In this document: piece by piece, positions 27,171 to 36,156 of the stretch
How positions within the stretch are numbered: the stretch's first letter is position 1
Layout: each line of letters begins with the position of its first letter
Assembly (NCBI GenBank): GCA_049975205.1
Contig: JBNGDL010000013.1
Location: 12,643 to 76,642 of the forward strand
DNA length: 64,000 bases
Source: Anaerolineae bacterium
Lineage (GTDB): Bacteria; Chloroflexota; Anaerolineae; B4-G1; SLSP01
Direction: 5' to 3'
The notes under the pieces: generated by a model
What the model was told of the DNA's origin: nothing
The model's input: the letters and a program-made list of their open reading frames with translations, nothing else
Database searches by the model: none
Made by a program: the position numbers and the translations under genes

Positions 27171-27890
27171 ATGGTCAAGATATTGAAGTTCGGTGTGGTG
27201 ATAGGGTTGCTGGTTGCCCTGATAGGGGGCGTCGTCTATATCCTAGCGAGCCCGTCAGAGGCACAGGCAGGTCTGGGCGAGCGCGGCGGCGCGATTGCCT
27301 CCGCGACGTCTGACGACGGATTCGCCTATGGTCAGGGTGGCCTACGAGGGGCGGGGCGCTACGGCGACCTGACTGACGCGTGCGATGGCACCGGTGACTG
27401 TGAGATGGTCGCTGCTGAGCTGGCCCGCGGGCGAGTCGGCGGGCAGAGCGTGTCGCGAGGCACAGGCTTTGATGGTGCGGCCCGTTGGCCGGAGGCTGCG
27501 CTAGCCGCCCGTGGATCTGGCTATCAGGGAGGGGGACGTCTTGCCGATTCCGACGTCGCACCCCGTGGCGGCTACGGTTCGGTGCCTCTGGCCGAGTCGC
27601 CCGACTGGGAAACTCTCACCGGAGAGGTGGTGGAGAGCGGCAACGAGATTTTCGTTGCCACCGCCAATGGCGAGACCGTCATGGTTGGACTAGGGCAGGC
27701 CTTCTACCGCGAGGAGATGGGCTTCGTGGTGAGCGTTGGCGATCAGGTGTCGGTGGAGGGCTACCTTGAGGACGGTGAGTTCAAAGCAGGTACCGTCGAG
27801 AACCTAACGACCGGTGAGACCATTGTCTTGAGAGATGCCTCAGGTCGTCCGATGTGGGCAGGCCGCGGCAATCGTCAGAATGCTCCTTGA
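27171..27890 (+). CDS. N-terminally anchored/secreted protein with Gly/Arg-rich linker and C-terminal OB-like domain
   Basis: TM/signal MVKILKFGVVIGLLVALIGGVVYILA. C-terminal pattern LTGEVV...VMVGLGQAFY...VGDQVSVEGY...IVLRDASGRPMW. AAGGAG RBS 6 nt upstream. Confidence 0.5.
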   Translation: MVKILKFGVVIGLLVALIGGVVYILASPSEAQAGLGERGGAIASATSDDGFAYGQGGLRGAGRYGDLTDACDGTGDCEMVAAELARGRVGGQSVSRGTGFDGAARWPEAALAARGSGYQGGGRLADSDVAPRGGYGSVPLAESPDWETLTGEVVESGNEIFVATANGETVMVGLGQAFYREEMGFVVSVGDQVSVEGYLEDGEFKAGTVENLTTGETIVLRDASGRPMWAGRGNRQNAP

Positions 27891-27915
27891 GCTGCTGTAG
27901 GGACAGCACCCTGCC

Positions 27916-27947
27916 GGGGTACGGCGAGCGACCGCTCGCCGTACCCC
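27916..27947. terminator. Bidirectional terminator hairpin between convergent genes
   Basis: GGGGTACGGCGAGC-GACC-GCTCGCCGTACCCC, a 14-bp stem followed by a T-rich GTTCTGTGTTT. Confidence 0.6.
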
Positions 27948-27956
27948 GTTCTGTGT

Positions 27957-28904
27957 TTAGATCCGGCTAAGCTCGTCTAGCTCCGCCACCTCATCGGGCG
28001 TCAGCCGCCACCCCAGGGCCTTGGCATTCGACGTCACGTGGGCTGGCGTCTTCGCGCCCGGGATGGGGACCGCGCCTTTGCAGATGGTCCAGTTCAGCGC
28101 CACCTGCGCCGGGGTCCGGCCCCCGTGGTTCTCGCCAATCTCGCGCATTCTGCTGAGCAACGGCTGCACACTCTCTAGATAGGTCGGAGGATACCGCAGC
28201 CGGCGCGTACGAGGTGGTGGGTTCTCCGGTGTATACTTCCCCGTCAGGACCCCCATCTCAAGGGGGCTGTACGCGATCAGGGTCACCCCGAGGTCGCGGC
28301 ATAGCTGCAAAACGCCGTCAGTCTCAGGCTCTCTGTGCAGCAGGCTATAGTGCACCTGATTTGACGCTAGGACGATATCCCGCTTGTTGAGCGCGTTGTG
28401 AGCGCGTCCCATCTGCGCCATCGTGTAGTTGGAAACGCCCACCGCTCGGGTGAGGCCGGCTTCTACGGCGTCAGCCATAGCATCCATCCAAGTCTCGATC
28501 GACCGGAGATGGAGCGGTACGTGGATCTGATAGAGGTCGACGCGGTCGAGCCCCAGACGGTCGAGGCTCGCTCGCAGGGCCCTCAGCAGTGCTCCCTTGG
28601 TCAAGCGCCAGGGGAAGGGGACGAACTTCGTCGCCACGACCGGGCGTGCATTGTCTTGGGCGATGAACCGGCCTAGCAACTTCTCGGACCGCCCCAATCC
28701 ATACATCTCTGCCGTGTCGAAGAAGGTCAGGCCGGCCCCGATCGAGGCGTCGAAGGCCTCGCGCAGATCCCGATCGGTATAGTCGCCGCCGCCATATCCC
28801 CAGATCCAGCGGTCGCCCCAGGCCCAGGTGCCCACGCCCATGGGCGGGACGCTGATGTCGGTTGCGCCGAGCTGCACCCGCTCAGGCTTCGTCTGAGACG
28901 TCAT
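27957..28904 (-). CDS. Aldo/keto reductase
   Basis: Start re-set to MTSQTKPERVQLG. This removes the overlap with the Rieske gene. AKR motifs present: FDTAEMYG and LDRVDLYQIH. Confidence 0.85.
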   Translation of the reverse strand: MTSQTKPERVQLGATDISVPPMGVGTWAWGDRWIWGYGGGDYTDRDLREAFDASIGAGLTFFDTAEMYGLGRSEKLLGRFIAQDNARPVVATKFVPFPWRLTKGALLRALRASLDRLGLDRVDLYQIHVPLHLRSIETWMDAMADAVEAGLTRAVGVSNYTMAQMGRAHNALNKRDIVLASNQVHYSLLHREPETDGVLQLCRDLGVTLIAYSPLEMGVLTGKYTPENPPPRTRRLRYPPTYLESVQPLLSRMREIGENHGGRTPAQVALNWTICKGAVPIPGAKTPAHVTSNAKALGWRLTPDEVAELDELSRI

Positions 28905-28965
28905 ACGCGTTGGCTCCAGCCTATCGCGCCTTCGATGAGGAAAACCGGAGCTAGCCGACCCACGC

Positions 28966-29331
28966 TCATTGACCTTCCCCGCCGATCTGGATCCAAATAC
29001 TGCCATCCTCGACCTTGGTCGCGTAGGTGGGCAGGGGGCGCTCCTCCTTGACCGCGCCCAGCACCTTACCGACCACGGGCGGCCACGGACTCCACGCCTT
29101 CACCTCACCTGTCTCCAGGCTAAAGCGACTGTGATGCAGGGGGCAGACGATTTCATCGTCCTCCGTGATCTTGCCGCGCTTCATCGGCGCCCCCATATGA
29201 GGGCAGGCATTGAGCACCGCGTAGACGTTGTTCTCGTGACGTAACAGCAGGATCTTGTGCTCCTGCACCTCGACGACCCGCCGTTCATCGGGCCCCAACT
29301 CGCTCTCATCCAAAACTCTGATCCATTCCAT
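28966..29331 (-). CDS. Rieske [2Fe-2S] domain protein
   Basis: CPHMGAPM...CPLHHSRF (CxH...CxxH). The ATG start lies 5 nt after GGAGGG. Confidence 0.8.
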   Translation of the reverse strand: MEWIRVLDESELGPDERRVVEVQEHKILLLRHENNVYAVLNACPHMGAPMKRGKITEDDEIVCPLHHSRFSLETGEVKAWSPWPPVVGKVLGAVKEERPLPTYATKVEDGSIWIQIGGEGQ

Positions 29332-29507
29332 TGTCACCCTCCTCTGTCGTTCTCGAACTCTCTAAGCACATACGCCGTTTCATCGTCGCTACGTTACAAC
29401 CCCACGTCACGTTTATTGTAGAGTGCTTGTCATCGTTGTGCCAACGGGAACCCGCTACGCAAGACTCGTGGCTGATCCGCCTGGGCGCTGCCTCAACCCG
29501 AGCCCTC

Positions 29508-30443
29508 TCATCGCTCGCCGCCGACGGTTGCAGGCGTCGTCAGCAAGTCCTCGAGGGCCTGCCGTAGGCGAGGATAACGAAACTCGAAGCCGAGGTTGCT
29601 AAGTCCGCGGGGTACCGCACGCTGGCCATCTAGGATCAGCGTCGCCATCTCCCCGAGTGCAAGCCGCAGCGCGAAGCCCGGAACGGGGAACCAGAAGGGA
29701 CGCCGCATCACAGAGGCGAGCGTTCGGCCGAATTCGGCGTTCGTCACGGGATTGGGGGCGCTCAGGTTGAAGGGCCCCTGAGCTTCCGGGGTCTCCAGCA
29801 GAAAGCGGATCGCCCGCGCCTCGTCCTGAATGTGGATCCAGGAGATCACCTGGTTACCGCTGCCGATTCTGCCGCCGACGAACACCTTGAAGGGCAGCAT
29901 CATCCTGGGGAGAACGCCGCCGCGTCGGCTCAGAACCGGGCCGGAGCGAAGAAGGACGCGTCGCACGCCATAGCGCTCGACCGGCTCGGTCGAGGACTCC
30001 CAGCGGACTCCCACGCCGGCCAGCCAATCCTTCCCCGCCGGGGCAGTCTCGTCCAGCGATTCGGTCCGATCTGTGCCGTAGTAGCCTGTGCCCGAGGCTT
30101 GGAGCAAAACGCCGGGTTTTCGCTTCGCCATAGCGATGGCCTCGGTCACTGCGTGCCCTGCGTTTTCTCGGCTTTCGACGATCCGTACTTTCTTGGCCTC
30201 AGTCCAAAGCCCAGAGCCGATATTCTCCCCCGCCAGATTGATCACAGCGTCCGCCGACTCAAGGACATGAGCCCAACCTGTGGGCGTGTGTGCGTCCCAC
30301 TGGATCACCGACACTTCTTCAGGGCGTGCTCCCGCCTTCTGAGGGTGGCGGCTCAGCACAAGGACCTCGTGATCGTGCGCCCTGAGTTCGGGAATGAGGG
30401 CACGACCGATCAAGCCGCTGCCTCCTGTGATAAGTACCCGCAT
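29508..30443 (-). CDS. TIGR01777-family (YfcH-like) NAD-dependent epimerase/SDR with DUF1731-type C-terminus
   Basis: MRVLITGGSGLIGRAL Rossmann motif. The C-terminal GQRAVPRGLSNLGFEFRYPRLRQALEDL is typical. Confidence 0.8.
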   Translation of the reverse strand: MRVLITGGSGLIGRALIPELRAHDHEVLVLSRHPQKAGARPEEVSVIQWDAHTPTGWAHVLESADAVINLAGENIGSGLWTEAKKVRIVESRENAGHAVTEAIAMAKRKPGVLLQASGTGYYGTDRTESLDETAPAGKDWLAGVGVRWESSTEPVERYGVRRVLLRSGPVLSRRGGVLPRMMLPFKVFVGGRIGSGNQVISWIHIQDEARAIRFLLETPEAQGPFNLSAPNPVTNAEFGRTLASVMRRPFWFPVPGFALRLALGEMATLILDGQRAVPRGLSNLGFEFRYPRLRQALEDLLTTPATVGGER

Positions 30444-30504
30444 CGCGTGATATCTCCTCTATTGTTGACCGACATCTTCGCTGACACCGACCTCAAGCGC
30501 AGGG

Positions 30505-30533
30505 AGTATAGCACGTAATGACTATACTGTCAA
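30505..30533 (-). promoter_or_regulatory. Consensus sigma70-type promoter driving the SDR gene
   Basis: The minus strand reads TTGACA-gtatagtcattacgtgc(17)-TATACT. These are the same hexamers and spacing as the photolyase promoter. Confidence 0.5.
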
Positions 30534-30559
30534 TATCTTGAAGACTTTTTGACTATCTT
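30527..30559 (-). promoter_or_regulatory. Three tandem 11-bp direct repeats resembling a CarH-type operator (nAnnTnnACAn)
   Basis: Minus strand: aAgaTagTCAa / aAagTctTCAa / gAtaTtgACAg. The last unit contains the -35 of the SDR promoter. The array abuts the -35 of the divergent regulator promoter. Confidence 0.4.
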
Positions 30560-30562
30560 TGG

Positions 30563-30591
30563 TTGACATTGGCTCGGGGATGTGCTATCAT
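30563..30591 (+). promoter_or_regulatory. Candidate promoter of the CarH/LitR-like regulator gene
   Basis: TTGACA-17 nt-TATCAT, about 90 nt upstream of the ATG at 30679. Confidence 0.45.
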
Positions 30592-30678
30592 ATATTAGCT
30601 TGTGTCTATCGTTCACCAGGCTTGTACGATGACTCAAGATCAAATGAGAGAACGAGAGCGCGTCAAAGTGAGGACAAG

Positions 30679-31665
30679 ATGGCTCAGGATGAACCTATCT
30701 ACAATATCGGCGTAGTCTCCAGAATGACGGACATTCCGGCGGCGACGTTGCGGGTCTGGGAGCGACGTTACGGATTCCCCGACACGGCACGCACCGAGGG
30801 GGGGCACCGCCTCTATAGTGAGAACGATATCCGCCGCCTCCGCTGGGTCAAGTCGAAGATCGACGAGGGGATGCAGACGCGACAGGCGGTTCGGGCCTTG
30901 CGGACCCTGGAGGAGGAGGGGGCCTTTCCCGAACCCACCTTGCCCAGCGTCGGCGCGCCGTTTCCCAGTCTCCAGGGGGAGACCGTGCGAGATCGCGGTG
31001 TCGATTCCTATATCGAGCTGCTTCAGGATCGCCTCTTTGATTCGTTAGTGGAGCACCAGACCTCTGACGCCGACGAGATCTTCAGCGAGGCGCTAGCCCT
31101 CTACTCCCCTGAGGACGTGATGTTGCACCTCGTCCGCCCGACGCTGACCGAGATCGGCGAGGGCTGGGAGGAAGGCGACGTCAGCATCGGGACCGAGCAT
31201 CTAGCAACCAGCTATCTGCGGCAGCGCCTGCTCGTGTGGCTCCGGACGGGGCCACCGGCCTTCTCAGTGCCGTCCACGGTGCTGGCCTGCGCCCCTGGGG
31301 AATATCACGAGGGGGGCCTGATGATCTTCGGCGCCCTGCTTCGCCGCCGTCGATGGCCCGTCGACTACCTAGGCCAGTCCATTCCACTGCCCGACCTCGC
31401 GAGCTTCGTGAAAGAGACGCAGCCGGTGGCGATTGTGACGGTAGCTATGACTGAAGAGCCCGCCGCGGCCCTGACCACGTGGCCCAAGCACCTACCCGAG
31501 GCCTCAGAGCAGGGGCGCCCAGTCTTTGCCTATGGCGGTCGTATCTTCAATCAGAACCCAGAGTGGCGAGCGCGTGTTCCGGGTCTCTTCCTGGGCGCGA
31601 CGCTCACAGAGGGCGTCGAGACCCTAGAGCGGACCCTGCGCCGATTGAGCCCTCCGCTGGACTAG
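30679..31665 (+). CDS. MerR-family, B12-binding light-responsive regulator (CarH/LitR-like)
   Basis: Start re-set to MAQDEPIYNIGVVSRMT, a MerR HTH. Wx9EH motif (GWEEGDVSIGTEH, 31165..31200). ExHxxG lower-ligand motif (GEYHEGG, His codon 31306..31308). Downstream TVAMT and YGG elements of a B12-binding Rossmann domain. Confidence 0.8.
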   Translation: MAQDEPIYNIGVVSRMTDIPAATLRVWERRYGFPDTARTEGGHRLYSENDIRRLRWVKSKIDEGMQTRQAVRALRTLEEEGAFPEPTLPSVGAPFPSLQGETVRDRGVDSYIELLQDRLFDSLVEHQTSDADEIFSEALALYSPEDVMLHLVRPTLTEIGEGWEEGDVSIGTEHLATSYLRQRLLVWLRTGPPAFSVPSTVLACAPGEYHEGGLMIFGALLRRRRWPVDYLGQSIPLPDLASFVKETQPVAIVTVAMTEEPAAALTTWPKHLPEASEQGRPVFAYGGRIFNQNPEWRARVPGLFLGATLTEGVETLERTLRRLSPPLD

Positions 31666-31731
31666 AGAGGCACTGAACCGAACCCAGAGGTTCTGTCGCG
31701 GCTACGTCTGGACCCAGGACGTCCTGGAGGG

Positions 31732-32217
31732 CTACAGGAGGCGCCCCGCATCTGGCATCACGCCAGGCTCCAGTAGCTCCACAACCTCCTCGTACCCTTC
31801 TGCCGTCATCGCGGCGGGGTTCGCGGCCCTGACCCGTGCCACGGCCTGAGCGGGCGCTACCTCTCGATAGATGATTAGGTACCCGGCTAGGATCACCCCC
31901 GTGCGGTCTTTTCCCTCGTAGCAATGCACTAGCGTCGGCATCCCTGCCTCCAGCTGCGCGTGGATGAAACGCCAAACCGGCAGCGCCTGGTGGATAAAGG
32001 CCTTGCGCATCCCTTTCGAAAAGAGCCTGACCGGCGGGAACTCGGCCTGGTAGTGAGTGAAGCCGTAGTCGACCAGGTCGTCGATAGCCTCCTCGGCAGC
32101 TAAGGAGACGATGGTCCGTATCCCGCCTGCGTAGAGCTCGGCGGGATCCCATGGATGCCGGCTAGGGCCGGGACGCCCGGCCAGAAGACGATCGATGATC
32201 CAGTAGACATATCGCAT
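31732..32217 (-). CDS. Protein tyrosine/dual-specificity phosphatase
   Basis: The active-site loop VHCYEGKDRTG matches HCxxGxxR[ST]. Confidence 0.75.
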   Translation of the reverse strand: MRYVYWIIDRLLAGRPGPSRHPWDPAELYAGGIRTIVSLAAEEAIDDLVDYGFTHYQAEFPPVRLFSKGMRKAFIHQALPVWRFIHAQLEAGMPTLVHCYEGKDRTGVILAGYLIIYREVAPAQAVARVRAANPAAMTAEGYEEVVELLEPGVMPDAGRLL

Positions 32218-32289
32218 ACCGTCATTCTACCGGGGTCATAGGCGCTGTCAACGATATCCATCGAAGGGTCCCTGTTAGGTTGTAGACTT

Positions 32290-32322
32290 AAACTATTCAT
32301 ATACTTGACAAAATATCTACAA
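32290..32322 (+). promoter_or_regulatory. Three tandem 11-bp direct repeats resembling a CarH-type operator, overlapping the photolyase promoter
   Basis: aAacTatTCAt / aTacTtgACAa / aAtaTctACAa. The middle unit contains the -35 hexamer. Confidence 0.45.
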
Positions 32323-32333
32323 TCGGCTATACT
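32305..32333 (+). promoter_or_regulatory. Consensus sigma70-type promoter upstream of the photolyase gene
   Basis: TTGACA-aaatatctacaatcggc(17)-TATACT. The region is locally AT-rich within a GC-rich window. Confidence 0.55.
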
Positions 32334-32505
32334 ACAGTGGCTGCAGGAGGGTTCGGAGCCGCGCTCGCGATGGTGTTGGCGCCAGCAAGTCTTGATCTGC
32401 TGGCAGGGTTCGCCGAGTTGTCACCCATCTGGTTAAGCTATAGGTCTCCGAGAAACAAGCGCGAGCGCAGCAGGGCATCGCCGTCCCGCGGGGGCAGCGT
32501 TGCAG

Positions 32506-32533
32506 GAGGAGGTGGGCCAGAGCCCACCTCCTC
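32506..32533 (+). other. Strong GC hairpin inside the roughly 280-nt photolyase leader
   Basis: GAGGAGGTGGGC-CAGA-GCCCACCTCCTC, a perfect 12-bp stem about 85 nt upstream of the photolyase ATG. There is no U-tract. Confidence 0.4.
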
Positions 32534-32619
32534 GGCACGGAAGGCATGATGAGAGAAAAGCGCTATCATAGTTGGGTAAGATGGCTGTCGGGAGCGGATC
32601 TCGCGAAAGGAGCAGACTT

Positions 32620-34023
32620 ATGGGCACGACCATCTGGTGGATACGCAGGGACCTGAGGTTAGCGGATAACCGCGCGCTTGAGCGCGCGCGGGCGTCCGAC
32701 GCACACGTTGTCCCGGTCTTTGTCCTCGATCCGGCGCTCCTCGAGTCACCGTACGTGGGTGGCAAACGAACGGCGTTTCTCTTCGACGGCCTGCGCGCGC
32801 TCGATGCAGGCCTTCGCGAGCGCGGGAGCCATCTCGTCGTCCGCCGCGGCACTCCGGCTGAGGTCTTAGCCACGCTGGTTCAGGAGACCAAGGCCGAGGC
32901 CATATACGCCGAGGCCGATTTCTCCCCCTATGCGCGGCAGCGCGATGCGCAGTTGGGCGAGGAGCTTCCCCTGCACCTTACGGACGGATTGACGATTCAT
33001 CCTCCGGAGGCCGTGCACAAGGACGATGGCGATCCCTATATCGTCTACACCTATTACAGCCGGACATGGAAGGAACTGCCGCTTCCTCAGGCCGGCGAGC
33101 TCACCGAGGCCCCGGCGTCCATCGACACGCCTGAGGGATTGGAGAGCATTGCGATTCCTGAATCCCCGGCCCTGCCCTCGTCGGTGCCCTTCGTCGCCGG
33201 CGAGGCGGAGGCCCGGCGTCGCCTGCGGGCGTTCGCCGATGACCTCATCTATAGCTACGATGCCCAACGTGACCGCATGGACCTCGACGGCACCTCGGGC
33301 CTCTCCCCCTATCTGAGGTTCGGCATGGTCTCGGCGCGGCGGGCAGCCGTGGCGGCACTGGAGGCTAAAGAGGTTGCTGGATCGGAGGGCGGTCGTGAGG
33401 GCGCTCAGACGTGGCTCGACGAGCTCATCTGGCGTGAGTTCTATATCTCCATTCTTTTCCACTTCCCAGAGGTACGACAGCACAGTTTCCGCGAGGAGTA
33501 CCGCGATCTCCGGTGGGACAACGATCCCGATGCCTTCGGCGCGTGGCGAGAGGGCCGCACCGGCTACCCAGCCGTCGACGCTGCGATGCGCCAGCTTCAG
33601 GCCACCGGCTGGATGCACAACCGCGCGCGCATGATCGTCGCCTCCTTCCTGACGAAGGACCTGCTCATCGACTGGCGCTGGGGCGAGCGACACTTTATGC
33701 AGCACCTCATCGATGGCGACCCCGCTGCCAACAACGGCGGCTGGCAGTGGTCCGCGGGCACCGGAACGGACGCCGCGCCTTATTTCCGCATCTTCAACCC
33801 GGCGCTCCAGAGCGAAAAGCACGATCCCCACGGGGATTACATCCGACGGTGGGTGCCTGAGCTGGAAAAGGTGAGCGACGAATACATCCACGAGCCGTGG
33901 ACGATGCCGGAGGACGCGCAGAAGGCGAGTGAATGCCGGATCGGAGACGACTATCCCCAACCCATCGTCGACCACGGCGAGGCGCGCGAGCGTACGCTGG
34001 CGGCTTACAAACGAGTCCGTTGA
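32620..34023 (+). CDS. phr: Deoxyribodipyrimidine photolyase (class I CPD type)
   Basis: Start re-set to [20 protein letters not shown] (AAGGAG RBS). [39 protein letters not shown]. Confidence 0.9.
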   Translation: MGTTIWWIRRDLRLADNRALERARASDAHVVPVFVLDPALLESPYVGGKRTAFLFDGLRALDAGLRERGSHLVVRRGTPAEVLATLVQETKAEAIYAEADFSPYARQRDAQLGEELPLHLTDGLTIHPPEAVHKDDGDPYIVYTYYSRTWKELPLPQAGELTEAPASIDTPEGLESIAIPESPALPSSVPFVAGEAEARRRLRAFADDLIYSYDAQRDRMDLDGTSGLSPYLRFGMVSARRAAVAALEAKEVAGSEGGREGAQTWLDELIWREFYISILFHFPEVRQHSFREEYRDLRWDNDPDAFGAWREGRTGYPAVDAAMRQLQATGWMHNRARMIVASFLTKDLLIDWRWGERHFMQHLIDGDPAANNGGWQWSAGTGTDAAPYFRIFNPALQSEKHDPHGDYIRRWVPELEKVSDEYIHEPWTMPEDAQKASECRIGDDYPQPIVDHGEARERTLAAYKRVR

Positions 34024-34268
34024 CGAAAGCCGTCTATCGCGACGAGGTCGGGGGCACGCTGGGCCTCTCGGCCTCCCTGCAGACGTTGGCGCAGATTGTG
34101 GCGCCAGGCCTCGGCGGGCTTTTGCTGGATCTGCTGGGGACCTGGTCCGTGGGGCTTGTGGCCGGCCTCATCATGGTCTGGACCCTGTCCGTGGCGCGCC
34201 GTCGGATGGTGCGTATCTCGGAGTCTGATATGGTCAGCTGCCGCCAGGCACCGGCGGCGGTCCGCTAG
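34024..34268 (+). pseudogene. Probable remnant of the C-terminal end of an MFS transporter
   Basis: The frame-3 translation [53 protein letters not shown] resembles the last two TM helices of MFS_1 transporters. There is no upstream body and no convincing start, and it begins at the photolyase stop. Confidence 0.35.
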
Positions 34269-34292
34269 GCAGGCAAGGGTGCGGAGGTTGCG

Positions 34293-35093
34293 ATGAAGAT
34301 TCACAAACGTCTGCTGCGATGGCTCTTGGGCGGGCTGCTGCTCACGCTGGTGCTCGCCAGCGGCGCCTTCGTCGTCTGGGGGAGCACGCCGCTCGGCCCT
34401 ACGGACGCGGCCTTAGCGGCGCTGACCTCGGAGGGTCCGGTGACGGTCGTGCAAGACCGCTGGCTCGCGTTTCAGCCTGCGGGTCAGGACCCTACCACAG
34501 GCCTGGTCTTCTACCCTGGCGGTCGCGTCGACCCCAGGTCCTACGCGCCCCTCGCTTGGGAGATCGCGGCTCGCGGACACCTGGTGGTCATCGTCCCGAT
34601 GCCGCTGAACCTGGCGGTCCTCGCGCCCGATCGGGCCGACAGTGTCATCGCCGCCTATCCCTCCGTGGGCCTCTGGGCGTTGGGGGGACACTCGCTGGGC
34701 GGGGCGATGGCGGCGCGCTATGTTTACCAGAACGAGCAGGCTGTCGACGGCCTCGTGCTATGGGCGGCCTATCCCGCCTCGACGGATGACCTCTCGGAGC
34801 GACGGGACCTTGCCGTACTGTCTGTCACCGCGACGCGAGATGGCTTGATGACAGACGAGGAGCTATCCAACTCGCGGGAGCTTCTGCCCGAGAGCACCTG
34901 CTGGGTCACGATCGAGGGCGGTAACCACGCCCAGTTCGGCAGCTACGGCCCGCAGCGCGGCGACAACCCCGCCACGATCCCTCAGGCTGCACAGCACGCC
35001 GCGGTCGTGGACGCGACGGCGTCCTTCCTGGCGAGTCTCGCCACGAGCGGTGATGAGGCCACCGACTGTGCCGGAATTGGAGGTGCGGAATGA
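34293..35093 (+). CDS. Alpha/beta hydrolase with N-terminal anchor
   Basis: Nucleophile elbow GGHSLGG. N-terminal TM/signal. Confidence 0.7.
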   Translation: MKIHKRLLRWLLGGLLLTLVLASGAFVVWGSTPLGPTDAALAALTSEGPVTVVQDRWLAFQPAGQDPTTGLVFYPGGRVDPRSYAPLAWEIAARGHLVVIVPMPLNLAVLAPDRADSVIAAYPSVGLWALGGHSLGGAMAARYVYQNEQAVDGLVLWAAYPASTDDLSERRDLAVLSVTATRDGLMTDEELSNSRELLPESTCWVTIEGGNHAQFGSYGPQRGDNPATIPQAAQHAAVVDATASFLASLATSGDEATDCAGIGGAE

Positions 35094-36064
35094 AACCTTG
35101 GCTCAAAGCCGTCCTGGCTGCGCTGGCCCTGCTCCTCGTCGCTCTCTTGGTCGGGCCCTTCCTGATCCCCGTGCCCCCGCTGGAGGACACGGTCCCGCTG
35201 GAGCAACTCGCCGACCCCGACAGCCGCTTCGTCGAGGTGGAGGGGGTCGAGATCCACTACAAGCAGACGGGTACCGGCGATCCGGTCTTCCTCCTGCTGC
35301 ACGGCTTTGGCGCGAGCACCTTCTCCTGGCGCGAGGTGATGGCGCCCCTGGCGGAGCTTGGCACGGTGATTGCCTTCGACCGTCCCGCCTTCGGCCTGAC
35401 CGAGCGTCCGATGCGCAACACCGACGATTGGCCCGGCTACAATCCCTACAGCTACGCGTCGCAGCCCCGCCTGACCGTGGGGCTGATGGACGCGATCGGT
35501 GTGGAGACCGCCATCCTTGTGGGGAACTCGGCAGGCGGCACCGTCGCGATGCTCACGACGCTGGCCCATCCCGATCGCGTCGAGGCCCTCATTCTGGTGG
35601 ACGCGGCGGTCTACGTGGGTGGCGGCTCGCCGGCCTTCCTCCAACCGCTCTTTAACACGCCGCAGCTCCGCCACCTCGGCCCCCTGATCGCCCGGCGCAT
35701 CCGCGATTGGGGCGTGGACTTTGGGCGCTCAGCCTGGCACGATCCGGATCGGATCCCGCCGGAGTTCTGGGAGGGCTACACGCGCCCGCTCCAAACCGAT
35801 AACTGGGACCGCGCCTTGTGGGAGCTCACCGCGAGCGCGGAGCGCCCCGACCTACCGTCGCGCCTCAACGAGCTGACCCTGCCTACGCTCGTGATCACCG
35901 GCGACGACGACCGCATCGTTCCGACGGAGCAGAGCGTGCGCCTGGCGGGGGAGCTGCCCAATGCCGAACTCGTTGTGCTCGAGGCGTGCGGTCACGTTCC
36001 GCAGGAGGAGTGCCCGGGCCCGTGGCTCGACGCGGTGCGGGGGTTTGTGGCGCGGGTGCGGTGA
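35090..36064 (+). CDS. Alpha/beta hydrolase with N-terminal anchor
   Basis: ATGA overlap with the upstream gene. HGFGAS oxyanion motif. GNSAGG elbow. C-terminal ACGHVPQEE provides the catalytic His. Confidence 0.85.
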   Translation: MKPWLKAVLAALALLLVALLVGPFLIPVPPLEDTVPLEQLADPDSRFVEVEGVEIHYKQTGTGDPVFLLLHGFGASTFSWREVMAPLAELGTVIAFDRPAFGLTERPMRNTDDWPGYNPYSYASQPRLTVGLMDAIGVETAILVGNSAGGTVAMLTTLAHPDRVEALILVDAAVYVGGGSPAFLQPLFNTPQLRHLGPLIARRIRDWGVDFGRSAWHDPDRIPPEFWEGYTRPLQTDNWDRALWELTASAERPDLPSRLNELTLPTLVITGDDDRIVPTEQSVRLAGELPNAELVVLEACGHVPQEECPGPWLDAVRGFVARVR

Positions 36065-36156
36065 AGGCTGGACGCGGGGTCGCCCCCTGCCTTTCACCGT
36101 CCGAGACGTTCGGGTAGAATGGGGCCACTTCACCCATACGCCCTAGGAGGAACTCG

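Noticed and set aside
32337-32549. 70-codon GTG ORF in the photolyase leader
   Set aside because: It would start upstream of the predicted TSS and has no RBS. The C-terminal half is Arg/Ser/Gly low complexity. I treat it as non-coding leader.
32866-33975. 369-aa ORF antisense to the photolyase gene
   Set aside because: The translation is Arg/Gly/Pro-rich with no motifs. The plus-strand frame carries unmistakable photolyase signatures. This is a typical high-GC antisense artefact.
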